A program made the position numbers and the translations under genes. Shown here one piece after another: positions 1-8,026 of a DNA stretch of 32,000 nt (its first letter is position 1; each line of letters opens with the position of its first letter). The stretch covers positions 240,001 to 272,000 of the forward strand of contig NZ_CP034549.1 in the NCBI RefSeq assembly GCF_003966335.1, given 5' to 3'. Under the pieces are notes generated by a model, which saw nothing but the letters and a program-made list of their open reading frames with translations, had not been told where the DNA came from and ran no database searches. This DNA comes from Nonlabens ponticola. Lineage in GTDB: Bacteria > Bacteroidota > Bacteroidia > Flavobacteriales > Flavobacteriaceae.

Positions 1-215
1 TGGATGCCACCACCTATGGCATCTGGACATGGATCCTTAGAGCCACGGCGCGATCCATCGGCACAGAACCATTCTATACGCTTGTACGGTCCACGATCCA
101 GTTGCCTGTAATCGTCGATCATCGCCTCAATACGGTCGTTTGTAAATTCTTGAGCAGTTGATTCCAGACAGCAGCACGCCATCAATAAAATCAGTGGTAG
201 TAACAATTTATTCAT
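1..215 (-). CDS. hypothetical secreted protein, N-terminal part only (gene runs off the left edge)
   Basis: My own reverse-strand translation from ATG at 215..213 gives MNKLLLPLILLMACCCLESTAQEFTNDRIEAMIDDYRQLDRGPYKRIEWFCADGSRRGSKDPCPDAIGGGI... It stays open to position 1. The N-terminus is hydrophobic and signal-peptide-like. The ORF is absent from the supplied track because no stop lies in the window. Confidence 0.4.
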   Translation of the reverse strand, partial: MNKLLLPLILLMACCCLESTAQEFTNDRIEAMIDDYRQLDRGPYKRIEWFCADGSRRGSKDPCPDAIGGGI

Positions 216-316
216 TGTCTCAAAAATATGTTTATCCACAGCACGAGCACCGCTGTTTAAGAGCAGTTTAACTCGCTGTAGTGCTCCATAGTTGCGATGA
301 TGATGGTGGTTATTTT

Positions 317-330
317 GCTTTCGCGAAAGC
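317..330. repeat. iterated palindrome copy 1, GCTTTCGCGAAAGC (perfect 14-mer), intergenic
   Basis: Read directly from the sequence; it is its own reverse complement. It sits in the divergent intergenic region, 101 nt from the minus-strand ATG (215) and 113 nt upstream of the ATG at 444. The right flank is GTAAC. Confidence 0.95.
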
Positions 331-443
331 GTAACTTTCCTACAAAAATTTAAAAACGAATAACCCGTGATCAAAGTCAATATTACCCTTTAATTAACAT
401 GGCATGTTTGACAAGCGATTTACCTTAAACCAAAAATTTAACC

Positions 444-1808
444 ATGTCCATATTTTCCAAGATTAAAGGAACACTCAACCTGATGAAAAAGGTTGATCTA
501 GATAAACTTGCAGCTCTTAATGAAAAGGTTGATTTGAGTAAAGTGATGGATACCGTAGGCAATCTAGACGATAGACAGCTGGCAGGATTGATGAAGATGT
601 TATCGACCAAAAAGAAAAAGGGACAAAGCAAACTACCTCCTATTGATGGTGATTTTTATGATTTGAGTCTCAAATTGACACCTGAACAACGCGAGGTGCA
701 ACTCAAGGTGCGCAATTTTATGGAAGATGAGGTGCAGCCTATCGCAAATGACTACTGGAATCGTGCTGAGTTCCCACACGATCTAATCCCAAAAATGGCA
801 GAATTAAACATAGCAGGAATTGCTTATCAAGGTTATGGATGTCCAGGAATGGATTTTGTAACTGAAGGCATAATTGCTGAGGAAATTGCGCGTGTTGATG
901 TATCGATAAGCACCTTTTTTGGTGTGCACAGTGGTCTTGCCATGGGATCTATTTATCTATGTGGCAGTGAAGAGCAAAAACAAGAATGGTTACCGCAAAT
1001 GGCACGCATGGAAAAAATTGGTGCTTTTGGCCTGACGGAGCCTGATACAGGAAGCGGCATCGCTGGTGGCATGGACACTACCTGTCGTCGTGATGGTGAC
1101 AACTGGATCTTAAATGGTCAAAAAAAGTGGATAGGCAACGCCACATTTGCGGATGTGATCATAATCTGGGCGCGTGATGAAGAATCCAATCAAGTAAAAG
1201 GATTTATCGTACGCAAGGGTAATCCCAACTTTCACGCAGAGAAAATGGAGGATAAAATGGCCTTGCGTATCGTACAAAACGCTATTATAACCATGACCAA
1301 TTGTGTAGTACCAGAAAGTGATAGACTGCAAGAAGCGCATAACTTTAAAAGCACTGCCGAAGTGCTGCGTATGACGCGCGCTGGCGTGGCGTGGCAGGCC
1401 GTAGGTTGCGCTCGTGGTGCTTATGAGAATGCACTTAAGTACACAAAGAAGCGAGAGCAATTCGGTAGGCCTATTGCCAGTTTCCAGCTGGTACAAAATC
1501 ATCTTGTGGAAATGCTATCAAACCTTACCAGCATGCAAACGCTATGCTTTAGATTATCCGAAATGCAGGATCAAGAAATTTTAAAAGACGAGCACGCATC
1601 ACTCGCTAAGGTTATATGTTCCATGCGTACTCGAGACATCGTGTCCAGAGCACGCGAAGTTATGGGCGGTAATGGTATCCTATTAGAACACAATGTCGCC
1701 CGATTTGTTGCCGATGCTGAAGCCATTTACAGCTATGAAGGAACTAAGGAAATCAATAGCCTTATCGTGGGTCGTGCAATTACTGGTTATAGTGCGTTTG
1801 TGAGTTAG
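444..1808 (+). CDS. acyl-CoA dehydrogenase (glutaryl-CoA dehydrogenase-like)
   Basis: 454-aa ORF with ACAD-family signatures: GAFGLTEPDTGSG, WIGNATFADV, and the C-terminal YEGTKEINSLIVGRAITG. A Lys-rich N-terminal extension of about 65 aa precedes the ACAD fold, so the true start could be internal. Confidence 0.85.
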   Translation: MSIFSKIKGTLNLMKKVDLDKLAALNEKVDLSKVMDTVGNLDDRQLAGLMKMLSTKKKKGQSKLPPIDGDFYDLSLKLTPEQREVQLKVRNFMEDEVQPIANDYWNRAEFPHDLIPKMAELNIAGIAYQGYGCPGMDFVTEGIIAEEIARVDVSISTFFGVHSGLAMGSIYLCGSEEQKQEWLPQMARMEKIGAFGLTEPDTGSGIAGGMDTTCRRDGDNWILNGQKKWIGNATFADVIIIWARDEESNQVKGFIVRKGNPNFHAEKMEDKMALRIVQNAIITMTNCVVPESDRLQEAHNFKSTAEVLRMTRAGVAWQAVGCARGAYENALKYTKKREQFGRPIASFQLVQNHLVEMLSNLTSMQTLCFRLSEMQDQEILKDEHASLAKVICSMRTRDIVSRAREVMGGNGILLEHNVARFVADAEAIYSYEGTKEINSLIVGRAITGYSAFVS

Positions 1809-1850
1809 AGTGTGTAAGTGTTATTGATTATGACATCGTTTATAATCATA

Positions 1851-1880
1851 AAAAGGGGTAGAATTCATTCTGCCCCTTTT
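1851..1880 (+). terminator. rho-independent terminator after the acyl-CoA dehydrogenase gene
   Basis: AAAAGGGGTAGAATTCATTCTGCCCCTTTT has a GC-rich stem (GGGGTAGAA/TTCTGCCCC with one G-U pair) followed by TTTT. It lies 43 nt after the stop. Confidence 0.6.
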
Positions 1881-1970
1881 AATTTGTATCAAATCAATTT
1901 CCTTATTACTAACGTTATGACAATTATGACTTAAGGACGACTTAATCATAAGTGAAGTGACCTAGATAAA

Positions 1971-1997
1971 TCATAGCTTTAAAACAAAAAGCTATGA
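1971..1997 (+). promoter_or_regulatory. 10-bp perfect inverted repeat/hairpin that includes the start codon of the aldehyde dehydrogenase gene
   Basis: TCATAGCTTT (1971-1980) pairs perfectly with AAAGCTATGA (1988-1997), with a 7-nt loop AAAACAA. The ATG at 1994-1996 lies in the 3' arm. Confidence 0.35.
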
Positions 1998-3376
1998 GCG
2001 ATACAATTGTAACTACTAATCCAGCTACTGGAAAAGTCATTAAGGAATATAAGCAGCACACTGACGATCAAGTGACTGATACGATACGCAACTGTCATGA
2101 GGCTTTTCTGGAGTGGCGCTTTAAATCATTTGATGAGCGCGGCGCTGTACTCAAGAAAATTGGAGAAAAATTACGCGAGCGTAAATCAGAGCTTGCGCAA
2201 TTGATGACCCAGGAAATGGGTAAACTCATCAAGCAAAGTCATCAAGAGGTAAAGCTGTGCGCAGGTATTTGTGATTATACAGCGTCCAGCGCACCAGAAT
2301 ATCTACAAGACGAGCAACGAGAACTACCTAACGGTGGCCGTGGATTAATTACGTATTCACCAATTGGTGTAGTTTACGGTATACAACCTTGGAATTATCC
2401 AGCTTATCAGGTGATACGATACGCTATTGCAAATCTTATGGCTGGAAATGGCGTGCTACTCAAACATGCCGAGAACGTGACCGGTTGCGGTGAGAAAATC
2501 AAAGAAATTTTTGAAGAGGCTGGATTGCCTAAACACCTTTTTTCTACATTATTGATAAGCCATGATCAATCTGATGCAGTGATTAAGAATGATCTGGTGC
2601 GTGGCGTTACTTTAACGGGAAGCCCAAAAGCAGGTGAGCATGTAGGCAAACTTGCTGCAGAACAACTTAAGAAAACCGTTTTGGAATTAGGTTCTAACGA
2701 TGCCTACATCGTGCTAGCAGATGCAGATCTAGATATTGCCGTGGACGCTTGTGTAAAGGGCCGCATCTACAATAATGGCGAGACATGTATCGCTGCCAAA
2801 AGATTTATCGTGGTAGAAGAAGTTTATGACGACTTCAAAGAAGCATTTGTAAAAGCCATGAAAAACATCAAGCATGGTGATCCTACCAGCGATGGAGTCG
2901 ATATAGGTCCTATGGCCAGAGAAGACCTACGTGATGGGCTGCATGAGCAAGTGATAAACAGTGTTGCTAATGGTGCCGTCATTTTATGCGGTGGCACAAA
3001 GCCTACCGGCGATGGATATTTCTATCCAGCAACGGTGCTCGAGAATGTGACGCCAGGTCAACCAGCCTATGATGATGAGCTATTTGGTCCAGTAGCGTCG
3101 CTGATCAAGGCAAAAGATGCAGATGATGCCATGCTTATTGCCAATGATAGCCGTTTCGGTTTAGGTGGTGGGATTTTCAGTAAAAATGAGGATGCAGCGT
3201 TTGAACTAGCCTCAAAACACTTTGATACGGGAATGGTATTTATCAACTCCTTTGGTTTGGCGCAACCTAATATGCCATTTGGTGGTGTGAAGCGATCTGG
3301 TTATGGTCGTGAGCATGGTGGTTTTGGAGTACGAGAATTTGTTAACGCAAAAGCCATCATGCGTTTACAGAATTAA
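1994..3376 (+). CDS. NAD(P)-dependent aldehyde dehydrogenase (succinate-semialdehyde dehydrogenase-like)
   Basis: 460-aa ORF with ALDH hallmarks: catalytic Glu context LELGSNDA, catalytic Cys context GETCIAAKR, cofactor motif TLTGSPKAG, and C-terminal PFGGVKRSGYGRE. Confidence 0.88.
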   Translation: MSDTIVTTNPATGKVIKEYKQHTDDQVTDTIRNCHEAFLEWRFKSFDERGAVLKKIGEKLRERKSELAQLMTQEMGKLIKQSHQEVKLCAGICDYTASSAPEYLQDEQRELPNGGRGLITYSPIGVVYGIQPWNYPAYQVIRYAIANLMAGNGVLLKHAENVTGCGEKIKEIFEEAGLPKHLFSTLLISHDQSDAVIKNDLVRGVTLTGSPKAGEHVGKLAAEQLKKTVLELGSNDAYIVLADADLDIAVDACVKGRIYNNGETCIAAKRFIVVEEVYDDFKEAFVKAMKNIKHGDPTSDGVDIGPMAREDLRDGLHEQVINSVANGAVILCGGTKPTGDGYFYPATVLENVTPGQPAYDDELFGPVASLIKAKDADDAMLIANDSRFGLGGGIFSKNEDAAFELASKHFDTGMVFINSFGLAQPNMPFGGVKRSGYGREHGGFGVREFVNAKAIMRLQN

Positions 3377-3398
3377 ACCTTGTGAATCAAAATTATTA

Positions 3399-3428
3399 GG
3401 GGCAGAATTAATTCTGCTCCTTTTCTTT
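3399..3428. terminator. bidirectional rho-independent terminator between convergent genes
   Basis: GGGGCAGAATTAATTCTGCTCC hairpin followed by TTTTCTTT on the + strand, with AATAATTTT on the - strand. It sits between the stop at 3376 (+) and the stop at 3436 (-). Confidence 0.6.
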
Positions 3429-3435
3429 GTTGTAA

Positions 3436-3774
3436 TTAATCCAACGGCTTCAACTCCAGCAGTGGATCCCAAAAGATTTTTTGGAAATCTTGAACCTGGT
3501 CTTTCTGGACAACCACACCTTCATTTTCCAGCAGCTGTTGCATGAGATTGGTGCCTTGGAAGTGATGCTTACCCGTAAGCAAGCCGTTGCGGTTGACCAC
3601 ACGCTGTGCAGGAACTTCTGGGCGGTTATGTGCTGCGTTCATAGCATAACCTACCGCACGACTGCTGCGTGGTGTGCCTAAATATTTTGCAATAGCACCG
3701 TAACTGGTCACGCGACCAGCTGGTATTTGCCTGACGACTTTGTACACTTTTTCAAAAAAGTCTCCATCGCTCAT
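3436..3774 (-). CDS. alkyltransferase-like (ATL) / MGMT-family DNA-binding protein lacking the acceptor cysteine
   Basis: 112-aa ORF with the MGMT C-terminal DNA-binding domain pattern (IPAGRVTSYGAIA...G.PRSSRAVGYAM). The canonical PCHRV active site reads PAQRVV, with the Ala codon at 3607-3609. The start overlaps the upstream stop as ATGA. Confidence 0.75.
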   Translation of the reverse strand: MSDGDFFEKVYKVVRQIPAGRVTSYGAIAKYLGTPRSSRAVGYAMNAAHNRPEVPAQRVVNRNGLLTGKHHFQGTNLMQQLLENEGVVVQKDQVQDFQKIFWDPLLELKPLD

Positions 3775-4394
3775 CCGTAGATTTTTATGGAAGTAAAGAT
3801 AGCAATCGCCATGGTTAGCGCTGCCAGCGTGTAATGAATTTTCTTGGCAAAAGTGGCACTGTCAAAACCCCATTTCTTCACATAAATCGCGTACAATGTA
3901 AGCATGGAGAATGTACCAATAGTTGCTCCTGCGATGAATAAATGCGCCATGGGAAATTTGAATTCAAACATTCCACGACCTGCTAGAAAAGAGCTAAAAC
4001 CTATGTAAAAAGGAATAGGAAAAATATTAAGTGCGCTGAGCATCACACCTTGGCCAAATAACTTGTAATCTGATTTATCAACCGGCTTGACTTCTGGACC
4101 GCTGTCTAACCTTGCTCTGATAAAAAAGAATATAGAAAGAGCTACAAAAACGATTACCGCAAACTTCTCTAACGTGGTGGAGACCTCGGGACTTTCACTA
4201 ATTAATCGCGAAAAAAAGACACCAATATAAACTTGAGCGATAACTACAAGAGATGCGCCTGCCGCAAAAATCATGGCCGCACGCCTGCCTTGATTCACGC
4301 TTACCTTAGCTGCTGTGAGATTAAGCAAACCTGGTGGTATTACACCAACGAGCCCGATCCCAATCCCAAAAAGAAGATGCAGCAAGCTACTCAT
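3771..4394 (-). CDS. LysE/RhtB-family amino-acid exporter-like membrane protein
   Basis: 207-aa ORF with about 6 hydrophobic helices. The N-terminal GxxGVIPPGLLNL motif resembles LysE-type translocators. It has 4-nt ATGA overlaps with both neighbours. Confidence 0.55.
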   Translation of the reverse strand: MSSLLHLLFGIGIGLVGVIPPGLLNLTAAKVSVNQGRRAAMIFAAGASLVVIAQVYIGVFFSRLISESPEVSTTLEKFAVIVFVALSIFFFIRARLDSGPEVKPVDKSDYKLFGQGVMLSALNIFPIPFYIGFSSFLAGRGMFEFKFPMAHLFIAGATIGTFSMLTLYAIYVKKWGFDSATFAKKIHYTLAALTMAIAIFTSIKIYG

Positions 4395-5062
4395 GGACGC
4401 AATTTGAACTTCATGTAGGTAATAGCCTTAGATTGTTCAAGATACTGTTTTTCATAAAATGTTTGCGTCTCGACCACATCGCCTGATGCCTCAGTATTAG
4501 TGTAGATATCATGGTGAGCGTACAATATTTCCTCGCCTAATCCTTCTAGTAATCCCAGCGTGTAGCCATGCATGTATTCTGAGTCTGTCTTGAGGTGCAC
4601 GATGCCACCAGGTTTGAGGATCTTGCGGTATTTGTCTAGAAATGATGGGTTGGTCATGCGGTGTTTAGTACGCTTATATTTGATCTGTGGATCTGGAAAA
4701 GTGATCCATATTTCTGATATTTCAGCTTTCGCGAAAGCGTAATCCACCAACTCAATCTGCGTTCTCAAGAAAGCTGCGTTGTCCAGTTCCTGCTCTACTG
4801 CAGTCTTTGCACCACGCCAGAAGCGTGCACCCTTAATATCAATCCCGATAAAATTGCGATCCGGATATTTTTGAGCCAGCGCAACCGTGTACTCGCCTTT
4901 ACCGCAACCCAACTCTAACGTGATGGGCTTATCGTTACCGAAGAACTCATTCCACTTACCGCGATGCTTAAAATCTGCTATGATTTCCTCGCGTGTAGGC
5001 TGTACTACATTTTGAAAAGTCTCATTCTCACGGAATCTCTTCATTTTATTTTTACTTCCCAA
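4391..5062 (-). CDS. trmB: tRNA (guanine46-N7)-methyltransferase
   Basis: 223-aa ORF with the SAM-binding LELGCGKGEY motif, IGIDIKG, and FPDPQ...K..KHR, as in TrmB. Confidence 0.9.
   Translation of the reverse strand: MGSKNKMKRFRENETFQNVVQPTREEIIADFKHRGKWNEFFGNDKPITLELGCGKGEYTVALAQKYPDRNFIGIDIKGARFWRGAKTAVEQELDNAAFLRTQIELVDYAFAKAEISEIWITFPDPQIKYKRTKHRMTNPSFLDKYRKILKPGGIVHLKTDSEYMHGYTLGLLEGLGEEILYAHHDIYTNTEASGDVVETQTFYEKQYLEQSKAITYMKFKLRP
4725..4738. repeat. iterated palindrome copy 2, GCTTTCGCGAAAGC (perfect), inside trmB
   Basis: Read directly from the sequence. On the coding (-) strand it is read TAC GCT TTC GCG AAA GCT = YAFAKA. Confidence 0.95.
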
Positions 5063-5130
5063 AACAATTATTTAATAGTTACTTAATGTGTTGTAAAATA
5101 GGCAGGTTCACAGCCTGACTATCTTTGCGC

Positions 5131-6240
5131 ATGCAAATATCCAAAAACATTTTGGTTGCACCACTTAATTGGGGTCTAGGACACGCGACACGCTGTATTC
5201 CTATCATACGCGCTATTATTTCTAATGGCGATAATCCAATCATAGCTAGCGATGGCCAGGCATTGCAATTGCTTGAGAAAGAATTTCCACATCTCAAGAC
5301 GATTGGATTACCTAGTTATGACATTGAATACGCCGGCAAAGGTGAGAATCTCAAGCTCAAGCTACTCAAAGAAACACCCAAAATCTGGAATGCTATACGT
5401 GCAGAACATAAGGCATTATCTCACATTATCCATGAATATGAAATTGATGGTGTAATAAGCGATAATAGATTGGGAATGTACACAAATATGATTCCCTGTG
5501 TAATTATATCGCACCAGTTACAGGTATTATCGGGAAACACGACCTGGTTGAGCACACAACTACATTTGCATTACATTAAAAAATTCAAAGAGTGCTGGAT
5601 ACCGGATAGCGATACCAGACCTAATATAACAGGTCGATTATCACACAACGATGATGATTCAATTACTAAAAGATATTTAGGTACATTGTCAAGATTTGAA
5701 TACCGTGGCAATTGTGAGGTCAAGTATGATGTACTGGCATTAATTTCAGGTCCAGAACCGCAACGAGAAATTTTTGAAAAACAATTACTTAACCAATTAA
5801 AGGATTATCCTGGCAAAGTATTGTTCATTGCAGGTAAAGTCGAGGATGTACAGACCGTCCACAAAAAAGGAAATATTACATATCATAATTACCTATCAAG
5901 TGTCGGGTTACAAAAAGCTATTGAACGTTCAAGGATAGTTTTATGCCGCAGCGGTTACACGAGCATTATGGATTTGATCAAAATGCGCAAAAAGGCCTTT
6001 TTCATCCCAACGCCTGGGCAATTTGAACAAGAATATCTAGCAAGTAATCTAGAGAGTCAAGGTATTGCACCGTTTGCAAATCAGGAAGATTTTGCTTTGC
6101 AGATGCTGGATAAAATAGGAGATTATGCTGGTTTAGGATCGCTAATCGATCCAGGTATTTCGCTATCTAATCTACTGGAAGAAACTTTCTCGAGCGTAAA
6201 CGAGAATTCAGAACCTATACCTAGCTCGCTATCTACATAG
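5131..6240 (+). CDS. glycosyltransferase (GT1/GT28, MurG/UDP-glycosyltransferase-like)
   Basis: The N-terminal loop APLNWGLGHATRC and the C-terminal SGYTSIMD...IPTPGQFEQ resemble the GT-B nucleotide-sugar binding region. I chose ATG 5131; the track uses TTG 5125. The last ~118 nt overlap the convergent kinase gene, so the C-terminal tail is uncertain. Confidence 0.7.
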   Translation: MQISKNILVAPLNWGLGHATRCIPIIRAIISNGDNPIIASDGQALQLLEKEFPHLKTIGLPSYDIEYAGKGENLKLKLLKETPKIWNAIRAEHKALSHIIHEYEIDGVISDNRLGMYTNMIPCVIISHQLQVLSGNTTWLSTQLHLHYIKKFKECWIPDSDTRPNITGRLSHNDDDSITKRYLGTLSRFEYRGNCEVKYDVLALISGPEPQREIFEKQLLNQLKDYPGKVLFIAGKVEDVQTVHKKGNITYHNYLSSVGLQKAIERSRIVLCRSGYTSIMDLIKMRKKAFFIPTPGQFEQEYLASNLESQGIAPFANQEDFALQMLDKIGDYAGLGSLIDPGISLSNLLEETFSSVNENSEPIPSSLST

Positions 6241-7232
6241 ATGCGCTCGTCATGAGCCTCAATGATGTGTTTAACTATTGCCAGACCTAGACCACTGCCG
6301 CCTTCTTTTCTGGATCCTGTGCGATCTACCCTAAAGAAACGCTCAAACAATCGTGGTATGTGAGTCTTATCAATTCCTTCGCCATTGTCGGTAACTCGCA
6401 CGATGACTTTGTTATTGATAAGGTCTTCTATCGCAACCTCAGTCGTGCCGTTTGTTTTACCGTACTTAATAGAATTAACTAGTAGGTTTGCTAATACTTG
6501 CTGGATACGCTCCTCATCAGCGTGAACCATGATAGGTTCTGTATAAACCATGTCAAATAGTAGTGATATCTTCTTTTTGGCAGCTTTCATCTCAAACTGA
6601 TCAAAAACGTGACGCACGAGATCAATGATATCAAAATCGGTTTTATCAAGGTTTAAATCACCCAATTCCAACTTGGTAATCATATCCATGTCATTGACGA
6701 TGTAGGTCAATCGGTCTACTCCTTTTTGCGCACGAGCTAGGTATTTTTTACGGATAGCCTTGTCTTTATGAGCGCCTTCTATTAGTGTGTCGATATATCC
6801 TTGTACCGTAAAAAGTGGTGTCTTGAGCTCGTGAGATATATTTCCTAAAAATTCTTTACGATAGGCCTCTCGCACTTTGAGCGTTTCAATCTCAATCTTT
6901 TTATTACGGGCAAATTCTTCTACCTGCCTGGTGAGTGTGCGCATGTCTGTAGCGATCTCGCGGTCGGCAAAATTGGTGTTCTCCAGCAGCGACACGTCTT
7001 CATAAATCTTCTTGATCCTTCGGTAGATAAACTTTTGCGCACGGTATTGAATGACAAGAAAGCAAATAATAAAAATGATGACCGTACTGATTCCTACAAG
7101 CCACCATGCATCACTCGTTTGAAAGATAAAAGCCACAATAGCTAGAACCATTGCATTGATAAGCGTGATAAACACACTGGAGCGCAAGGCAAAACGGTAG
7201 CTGCGTCTAGGTGCCGTTGTTCTAGATGACAT
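6123..7232 (-). CDS. sensor histidine kinase (two TM helices with a minimal external loop, no obvious sensor domain)
   Basis: H-box FLGNISHELKTPL, N-box LLVNSIKYG, G-boxes VTDNGEGI and GGSGLGLAIVKHI. The N-terminal TM pair is separated by only about 7 residues. It overlaps the response regulator gene by 11 nt. Confidence 0.88.
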   Translation of the reverse strand: MSSRTTAPRRSYRFALRSSVFITLINAMVLAIVAFIFQTSDAWWLVGISTVIIFIICFLVIQYRAQKFIYRRIKKIYEDVSLLENTNFADREIATDMRTLTRQVEEFARNKKIEIETLKVREAYRKEFLGNISHELKTPLFTVQGYIDTLIEGAHKDKAIRKKYLARAQKGVDRLTYIVNDMDMITKLELGDLNLDKTDFDIIDLVRHVFDQFEMKAAKKKISLLFDMVYTEPIMVHADEERIQQVLANLLVNSIKYGKTNGTTEVAIEDLINNKVIVRVTDNGEGIDKTHIPRLFERFFRVDRTGSRKEGGSGLGLAIVKHIIEAHDERIYVDSELGIGSEFSFTLEKVSSSRLDSEIPGSISDPKPA

Positions 7233-7908
7233 ATTTATAGCCTACACCCTTTACGGTCTTGAATTTTTTATCGCCTAGCTTTTCACGCAGTTTACGTATG
7301 TGCACATCGATGGTTCTACCACCTACAACTACCTCATTACCCCAAACTACATCGAGGATTTCCTCGCGCTTAAAAACCTTGCCAGGCTGGCTGGTTAATA
7401 AGGAGAGTAATTCAAATTCCTTTCTAGGCAGTATGAGCTCCTTTTTCTTCCAGAAAATCTTGTATTGATCACGGTCAATGATCAAATCACCTAGATTCTT
7501 GACATTACCACTCTCATCTGTTTCTACCACGTTGCGGCGCAATAGAGATTTCACTTTTGACACGAGCAGTCTTGGTTTTACAGGTTTGGTTATGTAATCA
7601 TCTGCACCAGCATCAAACCCGGCGATCATACTGTAGTCCTCACCACGAGCTGTAAGAAATGTGATGATTGTTTTATCAAGTTCTGGCAATTTGCGCATTT
7701 TTTCACAGGCCTCGATGCCGTCCATAACGGGCATCATGACATCCAATATCACGAGATCTGGAATCTTCTTCTTAGCTTTTTTGACTGCTTCCTCGCCATT
7801 CTCGGCAGTGTACACCTGATAGCCTTCATTTTTAAGATTATAGCTTACGATCTCAAGAATATCTGGCTCGTCATCAACTAATAGGATTTTGGCTTTCTGC
7901 TCTTTCAT
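7222..7908 (-). CDS. OmpR/PhoB-family response regulator
   Basis: Receiver domain (LLVDDEPDI, VILDVMMPVMDG, ITKPV) plus a winged-helix output domain (TIDVHIRKLREKL...VKGVGYK). Confidence 0.92.
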   Translation of the reverse strand: MKEQKAKILLVDDEPDILEIVSYNLKNEGYQVYTAENGEEAVKKAKKKIPDLVILDVMMPVMDGIEACEKMRKLPELDKTIITFLTARGEDYSMIAGFDAGADDYITKPVKPRLLVSKVKSLLRRNVVETDESGNVKNLGDLIIDRDQYKIFWKKKELILPRKEFELLSLLTSQPGKVFKREEILDVVWGNEVVVGGRTIDVHIRKLREKLGDKKFKTVKGVGYKYVI

Positions 7909-8026
7909 GGGTGTAAAAATTAGTCATGCTAAGTTACTTATTCTGCCAGTAACAAGGCAAACATGTAGGTTAGCTTATAGTTAACTACTGGTTTTAATCT
8001 AGTGGGTAGATGTTCGTTCTGATTAT

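Noticed and set aside
232-240. Perfect DnaA-box consensus TTATCCACA in the first intergenic region, 77 bp from palindrome copy 1.
   Set aside because: It is a single copy. I estimate a 9-mer of this composition is expected about 0.4 times by chance in 32 kb on both strands. There is no cluster of boxes, no AT-rich unwinding element, and no dnaA/dnaN nearby, so it gives no support for an origin.
1110-1502. 130-aa ORF antisense to the acyl-CoA dehydrogenase gene. Similar antisense ORFs occur at 425-631, 3303-3545, 3481-3681, 4233-4418, 5079-5297, 5252-5455, 7259-7468, 9060-9293, 9420-9641, 10486-10731, 11245-11460, 11613-12218, 11621-11803, 12106-12294, 13169-13411, 14369-14557, 15017-15376, 16855-17055, 17492-17710, 18442-18669, 19809-20045, 19987-20193, 21130-21366, 22494-22847, 24027-24263, 24423-24686, 25247-25618, and the seven inside sprA.
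   Set aside because: Each lies inside, or largely overlaps, a longer ORF on the other strand or frame that has clear family signatures. Their translations are low-complexity or hydrophobic mirror-frame products with no recognisable motifs.
1828-1930. Three copies of TTATGAC (1828-1834, 1915-1921, 1924-1930) and two of TAATCATAA between the acyl-CoA dehydrogenase and aldehyde dehydrogenase genes.
   Set aside because: These are short A/T-rich heptamers with no consistent spacing or symmetry. They are plausibly chance or ordinary promoter-region composition.
5120-5127. TATCTTTG -7-like box immediately before the glycosyltransferase gene.
   Set aside because: It overlaps the TTG (5125) and ends 3 nt before the ATG (5131). 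A promoter here would require a leaderless mRNA or a much later start. It cannot be resolved from sequence alone, so it is not listed as a feature.
7933-7953. GTTACT-N9-AGTAAC inverted repeat upstream of the response regulator gene.
   Set aside because: It has only a 6-bp A/T-rich stem with a 9-nt loop. Such repeats are common by chance in A/T-rich intergenic DNA, and no second copy was seen.
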